Source of the DNA: Gammaproteobacteria bacterium
Lineage (GTDB): Bacteria > Pseudomonadota > Gammaproteobacteria > M30B25
Direction: 5' to 3'
Length of the DNA stretch: 64,000 nt
NCBI GenBank assembly: GCA_018402195.1
Contig: JAGYIW010000003.1
Span: forward strand, 8,858 to 72,857
Below are positions 1 to 12,875 of this stretch, one piece after another (position 1 is the first letter of the stretch; each line of letters starts with the position of its first letter). The notes beneath the pieces were generated by a model that saw only the letters and a list, made by a program, of their open reading frames with translations, was not told the origin of the DNA and did not search any database. The position numbers were made by a program, and so were the translations under genes.

Positions 1-152
1 AACTCAACCATATATATCGGTTCATACCCATTAAGACTAAGTGACCAGAGATGTTGTTGATAATACTCGTATAGTGTGTCTTGCTGCAAGGCCTGATGTG
101 GTCTTTCATAATTATTATGATTAATCCTGTTGGGTAAGTGACTTAACCTCCT
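1..152 (-). mobile_element. C-terminal remnant of an integrase-core (rve, IS3/IS481-like) transposase. It runs off the window start.
   Basis: The minus-strand translation RRLSHLPNRINHNNYERPHQALQQDTLYEYYQQHLWSL carries the YN-x-x-RPH-x-AL signature found near the C-terminus of rve-type transposases. An in-frame TAG at 153-155 cuts it off from any catalytic core, so it is only a fragment. Confidence 0.45.
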
Positions 153-290
153 CTAAACTATCAAAGTAGTACATGTCTAGTATGGCTTCTACTGTTTTAA
201 TCAAAGCTAGCTCAAGACTCTTCTTTTGGTCAGTCTTATTCGAGGGAGAATTACCATCCAAACATCACAAAATTCTTTCTTACAGAAGAT

Positions 291-304
291 TGAGATATAT
301 CTCA
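291..304. repeat. Perfect 14-bp palindrome TGAGATATATCTCA in a very AT-rich spacer
   Basis: Read directly from the sequence; it is its own reverse complement. Function unknown. Confidence 0.9.
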
Positions 305-479
305 CAAACCAAATTTTTGATTTATAAAAAATAAAAGCATATCCCAAATATCAGTAATCATAGGCCTAATTTGAGAAAAATGAAAAAACAAAGAAAAACA
401 GATAAATAAGGCCAAAAAAAATATTAAATTATTAAATTTTATTCACTATACAATGAAAAACAACATTTTTTATATTTAA

Positions 480-2790
480 CTATCTTTCTCCTCAGAAATT
501 AAGCAATCGTGAGGCACAGTATGGCAGACACTTAGGCACGGTTGCTACTGCCTTGGGCAGCTGAAGTACTCAAACAGCTGATGCTGCCCGTGGCAGTGGC
601 ACCGATGCTCTGGAAGGCAAAGCGGCAATTTATCGGCATGCTTGAGGCCCTCAAAACCAAAGAAATGGCTAGTGTTCTGGGTAATTTAATAAGCTAGAAC
701 GTCCAGATTCTACCGATTCACATTTATTATCCATACGTGTCTATCCTGCATCACACGACAAAAGTGTGATGTATGGCAAGAAATGCCATTCGTTTTGGCT
801 TCCCAACAGCCTAGCACAAATGCACCGCTGCTGCCTGCTCGGGTGCTGATCCTTCTAAAATGGGCTTACTTGTCATAGAGGCCATTGCCCATGCCATCAT
901 GCAGATTTATTTTCTTGAAAGCACAGAAAACCTCTCGCGTACTCACTGCCATGGATGAAACCCATAAAATCAAAGCTGAACTTGAAAGATGGTTTGTCTA
1001 TGCCCAAGAATATGCCAACCTCTGCTTATCTGGCTCAGCTTGAAGCGCAAATGCTTGACCTTTTGGAACGTTACAGAAATCCATGCTTGATGCTACTGAC
1101 AAAAAATACTCGAATTGATTCAATGAACAACAAGTACTTATACAAATTGCTAATTTACAACAACACATTGCACAGCAAATGGGACAGATCGTTATCCACC
1201 AACAAGGCCATTCAAAATTGATTGACCTGGTTATCACTGCCGATGCCATCTTGGGTCAATGCCCACAATAATTAATGACTCAATTTTGAACACATCGCCC
1301 AACTTGCTCAACCAACACCAAAACCATTGCCAACATTTTTGCACAGTGCGTGAAAAAGAGCTTATGGACCAATGTTCTACGCACATATCCGTGCCGATGC
1401 ACAAGAACGCTTTGAACTCTCATTCAATCACACTGTTGCAAACACCTGCAAAGCCTTAGAATCAGTCAATAACGACTTAGATGAAAACAGCCTCATCAAC
1501 CTTGAACAACTTAATGAACGCATGCAACAGCACATCGAACAACTTAACTTCGACGATAATGACCCTAACTCAACTTGCCTTAGCAGCAAACATAGCCTTA
1601 AGCGCCAAACAACTGCGCAACGGTGTCGTTACTCGAACTTACTCGTGTTGATGACTGTATGGCTAAAAGAATCTCATCAAACAATTGAACTAACAGCAGA
1701 ACAGATAGAAGTAACTGTTGACTACCGCCATGAGTTAGCAGAAATAACAGAATTAGATTTTCAAGAAGCAGTAAGATCATGGTAATGCTGATGTTAACTG
1801 ATAGCAAAACGGCAGATGCTACCCATGTTTCACAAGCCAATATGGCTGATGGCCGCTCGACAGCATTCGAATCAACAATATATGACTACGCCGAAGACGA
1901 CCTTTTTGGCTCACCCCATGAAGACAATCCTAATCATTTGGCACATCCATAAAGCCACTCAAACCTATAATACAGCCAACGGGCAAAACTTTGATTTTGC
2001 TAATCATCTATCCTAGGATTACCTCGTGTTACCGGGTGTATGTGTCAGCACTTCTTGATCCACAACCACTGCGAGGTCCCAAAATGTCAGATATTCACAA
2101 TCCCTATGCAGATCGCTTGATCGCATCAATACTCAAAGAGAAACAACTTCACAGGCAACGCACTTTAAATTTAAAGGCAAACAAACCAAAACACAAAGAA
2201 CAGCACTCAAGCACTCCTTTGACACAGGCAAGATTGATGAACAAGCATTCAAAACCCATGATGCTATTCTGAGAAGAGATTTGAAGCTCTCAAACTGCAA
2301 GTCATCCAACTTAGAGCCCAAACAGCAGATTTACAAAAAAAATTTGCCGAAACCAATACAAAAGCCCAACAATGGGAACAACAGCGTGACGCCAAAATGC
2401 TGCCTTAAGAGCCAAAGGCAATGCAGCCTTGCAAAGAGCGATGAGCAACAGTAGAAAAATTGCTGAGTGATAAAATCGCAGCAGGTAGAGATACCATTGC
2501 CCAACACCAAAGAAGCATTGAGAAGACACTGGCCGAAATGGAACAACACAAAGCCAATATCCGAAAATTAGTCACCGGCAGTGCCGCCCCAGTAGCCGGA
2601 AGGGGCAAGTGGAAGAACAGATGTCCATCTCCATACCGTACAATCTAAGAATACCACCACCTCTGCCGCAGCTGGTGGCAAGTTTTGACGATCCCACCCC
2701 AGTTCCTCGATACCTCGCAATCGTTATGACAGCCCACCGCGTCATACACATATGACGAACGCTCAATAGCTATCCCTACAACACCCATAA
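480..2790 (+). pseudogene. Heavily eroded plus-strand gene or genes encoding Q/E/K/L/N-rich (coiled-coil-like) protein, unit 1
   Basis: No ORF exceeds 137 aa in this stretch. Plus-strand ORF fragments in shifting frames (955-1221, 1372-1785, 1991-2272, 2460-2648) have natural polar, heptad-like composition. The minus-strand ORFs are Cys/Leu-rich antisense shadows. A plus-strand terminator follows at 2797-2837. Confidence 0.45.
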
Positions 2791-2796
2791 CTGTAT

Positions 2797-2837
2797 CCCC
2801 GCAAACTGTCTTACGGCAGTTCTGCGGGGAGTTTTTG
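2797..2837 (+). terminator. Rho-independent terminator-like hairpin
   Basis: The arm CCCCGCAAACTG (2797-2808) pairs with CAGTTCTGCGGGG (2817-2829) with one bulge, giving a GC-rich stem. It is followed by AGTTTTTGC. On the opposite strand no U-tract follows. Confidence 0.55.
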
Positions 2838-2989
2838 CTTCATCTGTTCGCTGCATAAAAGTCCATAGTATCTCACTGGATCCTCAACAGCCATTTTATG
2901 GTCCCAGAGAGGGTTCAGGCTGGCAAGGGTATAGTTCCAGAAATCATTGGAGATGGGATTGTTCATTAAGCAAGCAAAGTAGGCTTAAG

Positions 2990-5930
2990 ATGATCAAATC
3001 TCTGCGACTCAAGTCAAACCGCAGTTGGTGGATAGATGATAGACCGTTTGGTCAAGTAGCTCGTCAACATTACGCTCATAACACTCGCATCAATATAACC
3101 ACAACATTTAAAATCTACCTTATAATGCCCACAGAATTTTTTATGGAAACCCATGAGGATTTAATCCGTAAGGGCAATAGCATATTTACATGAGCTCAGA
3201 ACCTGGGGCATTTCTCTTTGGACCCTCAACAAAACGGCTCAGTGCTTGCATTTGATGCCAGCAGCCAAAATTTTTCTATCCAAGAAGAAGCCGGAAAACA
3301 AATCGTTGTTGAAGTAGACTTTAGCAGTGATTCTAGCAAAGCAAAAGCTGCACAGACACTACAACAACTAGCAGCACAACGCAGCGATGGATTGGCGTCT
3401 GAAACTGAAATTAATGTAAAAAGTATTACCGTCATTTTTTCTGATTAGATCAAACCAAGAGATACCTTGCGCTTGCAGGGTACCATCGAAATTTGTACAG
3501 CAAAAAGATCTACAAGAACTAAAAGAAAAGACTTTCGCGTCAAAGCTATTTTTAATGAACAGAATCAATGAACTCCAAGGTATCGCTGAAGAAAAAGCCC
3601 AAGAAATGGAAAGCCATGGGCCAACAAAGACAAGCTTATCACTTGTTGCGTGAAAATCTGGAAAATACATCCCTGCTTTCCAAAAAGCACGCTTGGCCCA
3701 ATTACAACAAAGTATTGCCACCATTCAAGAAACCATTCAAGACCTTGGTGAGCAACTGACTGCTGCATCAACAGCTTAAAATTGCAGCAGAAAGTTAAGT
3801 GTAAGTGAATTAAAAACAACTGCCACAATAACTCATGAAATTTTGATGGAATCTGATGTAGTAAAGATTCATTGCAAGCGCCAATCTCTAAAGAAGATGC
3901 CGCATCAATCATGAAACCCGTTTCGAAGCCATTACCCAAGCAGCTCCTCAAACTGCACTTCAAATAGACGATGCCGAAGAAGTGAAAAGGACAGCTCTAG
4001 TAACCTTCCAAAAGCAATAACCAGAGTCGCCGAAGTGGTGAAAGTTGAAAATTGTGTTGCACATTGGCAAGGACTAGTCGCCGAAAAAGGAAGGTAATGT
4101 ACTAGCCGTTATTGAAGAAACATCTGCTGACAAAACAATTGCAACACCCAGCAGATGGACAAAATTAGCCAATCAATTTGGCAAACTCCATGAATGCTCT
4201 ACAGCACTACAAGAAGCAAAAGCTAAGTTAGAATCAGTGAACGAAGAAATTGACACCGCCAAACCTGGGGTTAGAACAAGCAACTGAAGAAGTCTCTAGA
4301 AAAGAAAATTAGCTCTTAGAGAGCAAGCAAGAAAGAAACGCCAGCAGTAAATTACTTGACTTGGTAAATGCAGCAATCAAAAACAACACTAAAGCACTGG
4401 ATCCAGCTAAACTGCAACAAACTGCCGTTGATTTCAAGCCAACTGATATATTCAATGCCCACAAACAAGAACCCCTACAGGAAAACCTGACCCATCAACC
4501 GGCTTTGCAGGAACAACTAATGGGAATAATTAATTTAGTGTTATAACAAAATAGCTCGCCATAAAATGGTTGAGGGAGAGCCAGAGCTAATACAATACGC
4601 CAAAATCAACAAACAAAATAAGACAAACAACAATCCTTTTGGGGATGATGCCTCTGCTTTTCACTTCCTAGGCGTCAACTTTATATCGCCTTCTCAAAGC
4701 GGCAAAATCAGCACAGTCAAGTTCATCTAGTTTCAACGAGAATTGCTGACTGGCTCCAGATTCCGCGGCAGTATTGTGTTACCTTTAAGGGTAGTCAATG
4801 ATAGGAAGTTGCGCTACGGCTAAAACAATCCGTCAACGGCGCGATATCGTCTAATTCCCTATTTAGAGATGATCTGTAATCAATTTCCCTGAAGCTCGTA
4901 AAGCTTATTCGCATTGTCACCATAAAAATGCCATTAAAGTCCACACACTGGCTTTGCTCTAAGTGCTGACGATTACCAAGAAATAATGAAAATGCCTGTA
5001 CCTCGGAGTTACCTTAGGTAGAATTTCCACTTTGGCAGCTAACCTATACACACTCTAGCAAAGCCATCACAGACCTCACTGGATGCCAATGTCAATCTAG
5101 AAGAGCTGGTAGAAAAATGGATATCAAGATCTCTGAAGATGATAAAATCGATCTCGAACAATACAAAGCTTGCTTGAACAACGCCCTAGAAAACCATAAA
5201 CAAGTGGACAGAAGTATTCAAAAACCATCAAAGACATCGACCAATGGATAGACGAAAACATCGAACACTTCAAAAACTTATGAAGAAAACCTAGCCGATA
5301 ACGTCCTTAGTCACCTACAACAGCCACTGGACAGCAACGACGCCATAGCCATTATTGAAGCAAAATTCCCAGAAGCCACTGACAAAGATAAACGTTGCCG
5401 CACTCAAAGAAAGCCATGATACCCGGCGGAAAAAATCATTCAAATATTTTCCTACTCCATCAAAGAACGCCGTGTAGCGTCGCCAAAGTACTCACTGGCA
5501 CTGAAACCCATAAAGGAAAGCAATAAATGCCTGATATCCAGCCACTCACAGCAGATGCTCAAAAGCACTACAAAGAAATTCTAACAGGAGCCTTTACCAC
5601 TGCAAATATTGCAATCATTCAGGCTCAAATAGCCAAGATCATCGAAATCGCAACTGAAGCGGCATTCTACCCTGACTCTAGAAATCCTGCCAGATCTACC
5701 TACTAATGCCAATGAATGTGATGGCAGAAGTCAAGACAACAACCAGTAATACACAAGCACTAGAGTCAAACCTTAATGATAGGTTTGAACAACTAAAAGC
5801 AAGCCAAACAACTCTAACCAAAGATGAAGAAAACACAGTCACTGAAGATCATCAAGCGCAACAAGACGCCAATGCCAGTAACGAAAAACAACAAAATGAA
5901 CAACAAACCAGCAAAACGCCTGAACCTTAA
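2990..5930 (+). pseudogene. Heavily eroded plus-strand gene or genes encoding polar coiled-coil-like protein, unit 2, interrupted by an IS remnant
   Basis: Only short plus-strand ORFs are present (2990-3193, 3218-3448, 3568-3759, 4361-4546, 5706-5930). Sub-threshold fragments of similar Q/E/K/A/T-rich composition lie in alternating frames. An IS4-like end sits at about 4600-4748. Confidence 0.45.
4600..4748 (+). mobile_element. 3' end remnant of the IS4-like element, with terminal inverted repeat
   Basis: TTCAACGAGAATTGCTG (4732-4748) matches the reverse complement of the element terminus CAGCAATTCTCGGTGAA seen at 14705 and 36745. About 21 of the last 28 bp match. The left boundary is uncertain. 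Confidence 0.35.
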
Positions 5931-6039
5931 AACTCAATGGAGAAATTAAAATAGGCTAGCCATCATATGCGTGTGCCCCATAACATCATGCCAAACCTAG
6001 CCCTATTAAAAGAAAGGTAGAGCCTGCATCCCAGGGGTG

Positions 6040-6693
6040 CTACTTTGAGTCATTTGAGTCAACCTGCGCATTGTTCGCAAGGGCTGTTGCTGGCACATGA
6101 GGTGCTCCCTTAGCATATTTCTCAGCCATGGCAAAAGCTGACCTCATGCCAGGCGAATTGATCATCCCATCTTTGCCAACAAAATTAACCACCTTTTCAG
6201 GCAAAAAAGTCGCTAACCAAGATGCACTGTGCTCAAAATATGGCACCAAGTTGGCACGTCCCCACCAGTCAGACTGCGGGACCATGGTCATTCCACCGAG
6301 CATCACAGCCAATGTTACCAACAAAACACCTCTTGTCGCCCCAAAAGCCATGCCTAGAAAACGATCCGCCACAGAAAGCCGCGAGCGAAGCATCACCCCA
6401 CCAATGACCACATTGACAAAAACTCCAGCAATTAGGGTAGCAAAGAACAAAATACCCACGCTAACCATCATACGAAGCATGTCCGCCTCAATATAACCCT
6501 CTAAAATGGTAGATACTGCCTGGGTATAATGAAATGACACCCAAATAGCTAGCACCCAGGTAACCAAAGAAATCACCTCACGCATAAAACCACGTGTAAT
6601 ACTAATCACCACCGAGAAACCAATAACACCGACAATAACCCAGTCCAGGCCATTTAAACTGTTTATGATATGCTGAGATTCAGCACCAGCCAT
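6040..6693 (-). CDS. cvpA: CvpA-family inner-membrane protein (colicin V production protein)
   Basis: 217 aa with several TM helices. The N-terminus LDWVIVGVIGFSVVISITRGFMREVISL is typical of CvpA, and it sits in the conserved folC-dedD-cvpA order. Confidence 0.85.
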   Translation of the reverse strand: MAGAESQHIINSLNGLDWVIVGVIGFSVVISITRGFMREVISLVTWVLAIWVSFHYTQAVSTILEGYIEADMLRMMVSVGILFFATLIAGVFVNVVIGGVMLRSRLSVADRFLGMAFGATRGVLLVTLAVMLGGMTMVPQSDWWGRANLVPYFEHSASWLATFLPEKVVNFVGKDGMINSPGMRSAFAMAEKYAKGAPHVPATALANNAQVDSNDSK

Positions 6694-6709
6694 CTCATTA
6701 CCCCATCAT

Positions 6710-7300
6710 TCATGCCACCAAAGTCTTACCCTCGTTAGCCTGCCACTGCGACACCTTACGTTTAGCAACGTCCTTGCACGGAAAAGGCCCAATAAAAACC
6801 CTAAACATCCCGTGACCATCAACCACGGTGCGACGCATCTTACTCTGAAGCCCCGAATGGGTCAAGGTCACAAGTAGCTTTTTTGCATTGAAAAAACTAG
6901 AAAAACTGCCCACTTGCACCAACCATCCCCCGTGTTCATCCTGTAGCAATATCCATTTCGGCTGCAGGCGTCCAGAAGAAGAAGGCTTATATAACAAAGC
7001 GTTAGGTTCCGCCTCTTGAGCAATTTGCTTCACTTTGGTTTGCTGATGCAGCTCCGACGGCTCAGCCAAAACGCCACCAACAGCATGCGTTTTACTGTGC
7101 GTACGCGAATCCGTGGAAAAGATATGTTGGGCGGAAGACTTAGCTACTGCTTCCGGTATCGAGTCAGGTATTCCCCCAGTGGCTGATTCAGATGCTAAAG
7201 AATCCACTTCAGCGTGATCCAGTACCCAAGGAACAATAACCCCCATCACAAATATTAATACAGCAAACCCTACCAACCGCTGCCTAATCAATTCCGTCAA
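6710..7300 (-). CDS. dedD: SPOR-domain cell-division protein (DedD-like)
   Basis: It has an N-terminal TM segment (LVGFAVLIFVMGVIVPWVL) and a C-terminal SPOR-like segment (WLVQVGSFSSFFNAKKL...FRVFIGPF). It lies between folC and cvpA. The start appears to be TTG. Confidence 0.7.
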   Translation of the reverse strand: MTELIRQRLVGFAVLIFVMGVIVPWVLDHAEVDSLASESATGGIPDSIPEAVAKSSAQHIFSTDSRTHSKTHAVGGVLAEPSELHQQTKVKQIAQEAEPNALLYKPSSSGRLQPKWILLQDEHGGWLVQVGSFSSFFNAKKLLVTLTHSGLQSKMRRTVVDGHGMFRVFIGPFPCKDVAKRKVSQWQANEGKTLVA

Positions 7301-7301
7301 A

Positions 7302-8549
7302 TCACTCTACTCCTTCCATAGCCAATAACGCCTTATCCAAAGCAGAAACCGTACGAAATGACCCAAAGACTACCACAACTGCATCTTGGAAAACACCGCT
7401 ATTGATTACTTCCAACGCCCCTTCCATGTTAGCAAAACATTGATGAGAGTGTATATCCATTTCAGACAAAATTTGACCGATGTTTTCAGGCGCATACGTG
7501 TCAGCATCTGGGAGCAGTGGCAACAGCCAAAAATCAACAAGGTCACGCATGACGGCAAGCACTTGATGACAATCTTTCCGTTTCAGCATGGCAAAAATGG
7601 CCACACATTGCTTACCCTCAATATGGGGCTGCAAAGTCTCTGCTAAAACCCTGACACTATCGACATTATGTGCCACATCTACCAAAGTCAGTTGCGGTAA
7701 ATGCCGCCAAACCAACCGTCCAGGCACTTCCAAACATGCCAACCCCTTACTAATATCCTGTGCGGACACAGGTAAACAATCCTGTAACAAATCAACTGCT
7801 TGAAGCGCGCAAGCAAGATTTGATGCCAGATAAGGGCTTGGTGGCACTGGCCAAGAAAAATCATGCCCCAAACGAAAACACGGCACTTGCTCTTTCCGAC
7901 AAAATTCTATCACGACATCAGCTGCCTGAATATCGCCCATCACCAAGCCACGCATGCCTGATTTAACAATACCAGCCTTTTCTTTAGCAATAGCCTGCAC
8001 CGTATCACCCAACCAGTCCTGATGATCCAGGCCAATACTGGTAATGACCCCTACCGTACTTTGTACAATATTGGTGGCATCCAAACGTCCACCCAGCCCC
8101 ACCTCTAGCAGAATCACATCGACCTGCATCTCTCGAAATAACCATAATGCCGCCAAGGTAAGAAACTCAAAGTACGTCAGCGGCGTAGCTTGTCTAGCAG
8201 CCTCAATTTCGACCAGTGCAGCAACCAAATCAGCATCCGAAATCATTTTCTCGTCAATACATATACGCTCATTCACCAGGTGCAAGTGCGGCGATATCAA
8301 TCGCCCAACCTTGTAACCCGCCTGATGGTAAATAGCACCCAAAGCATGAGTACAAGTACCCTTACCGTTGGTGCCAGCCACATGCACAATGGGTACCTTA
8401 AAAGACAGCAATTTCAGCCTTTTAGCCACCAAAGCTACACGCTCCAACTCCATCGCTATTTTTTGTGTATGCTTCTTACTTATATACTGTAACCAATCAG
8501 TCAGGCTTGCACTTTCCAACATAAATCCCCCAAATAACAGTTTCATCAA
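7302..8549 (-). CDS. folC: Bifunctional folylpolyglutamate synthase / dihydrofolate synthase
   Basis: Mur-ligase P-loop VHVAGTNGKGTCTHAL and an overall FolC-like layout. The true start may be the internal Met (MLESASLTDWLQYI, about 8522). Confidence 0.9.
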   Translation of the reverse strand: MMKLLFGGFMLESASLTDWLQYISKKHTQKIAMELERVALVAKRLKLLSFKVPIVHVAGTNGKGTCTHALGAIYHQAGYKVGRLISPHLHLVNERICIDEKMISDADLVAALVEIEAARQATPLTYFEFLTLAALWLFREMQVDVILLEVGLGGRLDATNIVQSTVGVITSIGLDHQDWLGDTVQAIAKEKAGIVKSGMRGLVMGDIQAADVVIEFCRKEQVPCFRLGHDFSWPVPPSPYLASNLACALQAVDLLQDCLPVSAQDISKGLACLEVPGRLVWRHLPQLTLVDVAHNVDSVRVLAETLQPHIEGKQCVAIFAMLKRKDCHQVLAVMRDLVDFWLLPLLPDADTYAPENIGQILSEMDIHSHQCFANMEGALEVINSGVFQDAVVVVFGSFRTVSALDKALLAMEGVE

Positions 8550-8886
8550 GCCACATCACCAACATTGTACCACCCCATTTATAAAAATGGCTAAAAATAG
8601 AGTTCTCCAGCTTATTTATTAACTTTTTCCCATCCCTCAGCAAAGTAAACCAGCACTTAACATCCAGTGATTGTATGCACAATTCTATCTCAGCATCACT
8701 TTCACATATTTTTGGCTTATGCTAATAACCCGTTTACCCATTTCGCTTATCCATAGCAGACCGTGTAAATGCTAACAGTATACTGCTGTTTCAAATCTTT
8801 GATCAATCTTCGTCAAGTATTTATTGGCGCTGCATATGGTTTTTTGCAGGATTATGTACAGCTGGTAAATTCATGTCATACTCCGT

Positions 8887-8915
8887 TTGACAAGAACATG
8901 GAATTAAGCTTAAAT
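8887..8915 (+). promoter_or_regulatory. Sigma70-type promoter for tRNA-Leu
   Basis: TTGACA (8887-8892), a 17-nt spacer, then TTAAAT (8910-8915), ending 10 nt before the mature tRNA 5' end. Confidence 0.55.
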
Positions 8916-8925
8916 CATGGCTTGA

Positions 8926-9012
8926 GCCGAGGTGGTGGAATTGGTAGACACGCAAGCTTCAGGTGCTTGTGGGGGCAACCCCGTGGAGGTTCAAGTCCTC
9001 TCCTCGGCACCA
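8926..9012 (+). tRNA. tRNA-Leu (anticodon CAG), CCA encoded
   Basis: Acceptor stem GCCGAGG/CCTCGGC. Anticodon stem CAAGC/GCTTG with loop TTCAGGT. It has a long variable arm, a T-loop TTCAAGT and a terminal ACCA. It ends 4 nt from the convergent purA stop. Confidence 0.95.
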
Positions 9013-9016
9013 ATGC

Positions 9017-10535
<1,519 letters not shown>

Positions 10536-10577
10536 GCCCCCAACAACTGGTCTTAGCTTAGCTGAAGTCGTCTTTTT

Positions 10578-11549
10578 TTACAAGCCTAAGAACTTCTTTA
10601 CAAAGACTGAGCCTTTATCAGTCAAAGCTTTTTTACAGTAAGCCAGACCTTCAGGGGTCTTGGATGGATTATCCATGTAAGTAAAGAAATCATTATCGGG
10701 ACTGAAGACAAATATGTCAGATTTTTTATTAAAAGTTCGCTTGTAGGCAAGCAAGCTTCGATATAGAGAGTAGAAGCCAGGGTTCTTGTTAAAGGCATTG
10801 GCATAAATGGCTGCAGCTTGCTGCACACCTTCTGCACGAATTTTTGCTGATTTGGCTTCAGCAGTAGCCAATGTTACTGTGACATTGGCGTCAGCATCAG
10901 CCATGATTTTTTCTGCTTCTTTCTTGCCATCAGAGCGGTGTTTGGTTGCTACTTGCTGTCGCTGAGTACGCATACGCTCAAAAACTGAGGCACTCACTTG
11001 CTCTGGCAAGTCAATTTTCTTAATCCTAACATCAATAACCTCGATACCCAGCGTTTTAGCGTTTTTGTTAGACTCTTCACGCAAGCTGGTCATGATATTT
11101 TCTCTTTGATCAGAAATCACTTCCTTAACTGTGTGTCGACCAAAGGATGCACGCAAACTATCGTTGATTTTTTGTTGCAAGAGATTGGTGGTAACAATTT
11201 CATTACCGCCGGTACTCTTATAGAATTGTGCCAAATCTTTGATGCGCCACTTGGCGTAGTAATCCACCAATAAATATTTTTGGTTTTCAGTCAGCAAGCG
11301 TGAGGACATCACATCCAAAGTACGCAGCCTAATATCAAACTTTTTGATTTGGTTAACAAAAGGCCATTTCAAGTGTAATCCAGGACGATATAAAATCGCT
11401 TCACCATTATCATTTTCAATGATTTTACCCAATTGCAAGCGCATGGCCAGTTGTGTTTGATCAACAACAAACACAGATAAAAACAATACTGCAAGACCCA
11501 CAATAAGGCCTACTGGATTGAACGATTTATTTTGCTTCATGACCGTCAT
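10578..11549 (-). CDS. hflC: Protease modulator HflC (SPFH/band-7)
   Basis: N-terminal TM followed by an SPFH domain. It sits immediately downstream of hflK and overlaps it. The start may be the Met at 11540. Confidence 0.9.
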   Translation of the reverse strand: MTVMKQNKSFNPVGLIVGLAVLFLSVFVVDQTQLAMRLQLGKIIENDNGEAILYRPGLHLKWPFVNQIKKFDIRLRTLDVMSSRLLTENQKYLLVDYYAKWRIKDLAQFYKSTGGNEIVTTNLLQQKINDSLRASFGRHTVKEVISDQRENIMTSLREESNKNAKTLGIEVIDVRIKKIDLPEQVSASVFERMRTQRQQVATKHRSDGKKEAEKIMADADANVTVTLATAEAKSAKIRAEGVQQAAAIYANAFNKNPGFYSLYRSLLAYKRTFNKKSDIFVFSPDNDFFTYMDNPSKTPEGLAYCKKALTDKGSVFVKKFLGL

Positions 11550-12660
11550 ACCCTTTCCTTGTTGTATACATATCTATTGGTGCTTTTGACATCGCTGACT
11601 GTAACCCGTCACTTTCAACCGCCAACAACCCTCCTTCTGTGACTTCGATGTTCTTGCGCTGCTGCGCTAGCATTTTTTCCAGTGGAATGTACAACATGTT
11701 GTTACCACCACCTTTCACATCGACGTATATTTTACTTGTCTTAGCCAAAACTTCTTCCATGGTTTCTAAATATAAGCGATCTTTGGTCACCTCCGGTGAG
11801 CGTTGATATTCTGGTAATACTGCCAAAAAATCTGCAGTTTTCGCTGTGGCTTCCAACACAACTTTTTGCCTGTAGGCATCAGCAGTTCGTATCAGCCGAG
11901 CAGCCCTACCTTCAGCCACAGGCTCAACTTTCATGGCATAAGCCTTTGCCTGGTTGATATACCGCTGCTCATCTTCACGTGCCTTAATCGCATCATCAAA
12001 GGCCAATGTTACTTCTTCAGGTGGCTTAGCTGGCTGCAGTGCCACATCAGAGATGATGATACCAGTTTTGTACATGGCCATGAGTTCTTTTAGCGAAGTT
12101 TGCACTTGATTTCTGACTGCTTCCCGGCCAGTAGTCAATACTTCATCTAGTGAGGTATCACCAATGACTTGCCTCAAAGCACTAGCAGTAGCTTGTTGCA
12201 AACTGGGTATAGGACTAAGCACATTGAATAAATAGGCTTTTGCGTCCCCCGTACGATACTGTACAGAAAGCTCTACTGAGACAATATTTTCATCTTTGGT
12301 CAGCATCAAATCACGGTAATTGAAATGATAAACTTGGAGAATATTAACCCGCTGTTCGTTCTCAATGCCTCGCGCATACCAGTGTACGCCTGGGTTTAAC
12401 GTTGACACATATTTACCAAAGCGGGTAATGACTGATTGCTCAGCGGGGCTGACAATAAAAATCCCAGACAAGAACCAAAGTGTTAGCACGATAACGCCCC
12501 AAAGACCAAATGCACCACCTGAGCTATCACCATTTAAGGCTTTGTCAAAATGTTTTTTTAAGGTTGAGAACAAAGATCCCCCATCTAAAGTGCTTGCTCC
12601 TTGCTTTTTCCAAGGCTGGTCAGATTTTTCCTCACCATCTTTATTCAATACCATGAGCAT
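11527..12660 (-). CDS. hflK: Protease modulator HflK (SPFH/band-7)
   Basis: Gly/Ser-rich N-terminus, one TM, an SPFH domain (SVITRFGKY...) and a conserved position. Confidence 0.9.
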   Translation of the reverse strand: MLMVLNKDGEEKSDQPWKKQGASTLDGGSLFSTLKKHFDKALNGDSSGGAFGLWGVIVLTLWFLSGIFIVSPAEQSVITRFGKYVSTLNPGVHWYARGIENEQRVNILQVYHFNYRDLMLTKDENIVSVELSVQYRTGDAKAYLFNVLSPIPSLQQATASALRQVIGDTSLDEVLTTGREAVRNQVQTSLKELMAMYKTGIIISDVALQPAKPPEEVTLAFDDAIKAREDEQRYINQAKAYAMKVEPVAEGRAARLIRTADAYRQKVVLEATAKTADFLAVLPEYQRSPEVTKDRLYLETMEEVLAKTSKIYVDVKGGGNNMLYIPLEKMLAQQRKNIEVTEGGLLAVESDGLQSAMSKAPIDMYTTRKGYDGHEAK

Positions 12661-12875
12661 CCCTCTCTAAAAAAGTCTTAGTCTAATATCTTGGTTCATT
12701 CTAATATAAAATGATAACTGAAGACAATCCCTTTTCACCTACTTGTTAGCGCAAAGTAGCAACTTCCAGTTTTGGCATAATGCCTCGATAACCCCGCCTT
12801 AAAATGGAGTGCGTGAAGAATTTTTTGTTTTGCTCAAACTGGGAACTTTCTACTTTGCATTGATATCGATAACAG

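Noticed and set aside
2811-2966. 51-aa minus-strand ORF (MNNPISNDFWNYTLASLNPLWDHKMAVEDPVRYYGLLCSEQMKQKLPAELP) inside the graveyard
   Set aside because: It has no Shine-Dalgarno sequence and I recognise no family. Its 3' end is formed by the plus-strand terminator hairpin. It could be a remnant, but I cannot support it as a gene.
5960-6000. Possible purF start remnant (MMLWGTRI compared with MCGIVGI) downstream of cvpA
   Set aside because: Only a Met and a Gly line up. It stops after 8 codons, and nothing PurF-like follows on the minus strand.
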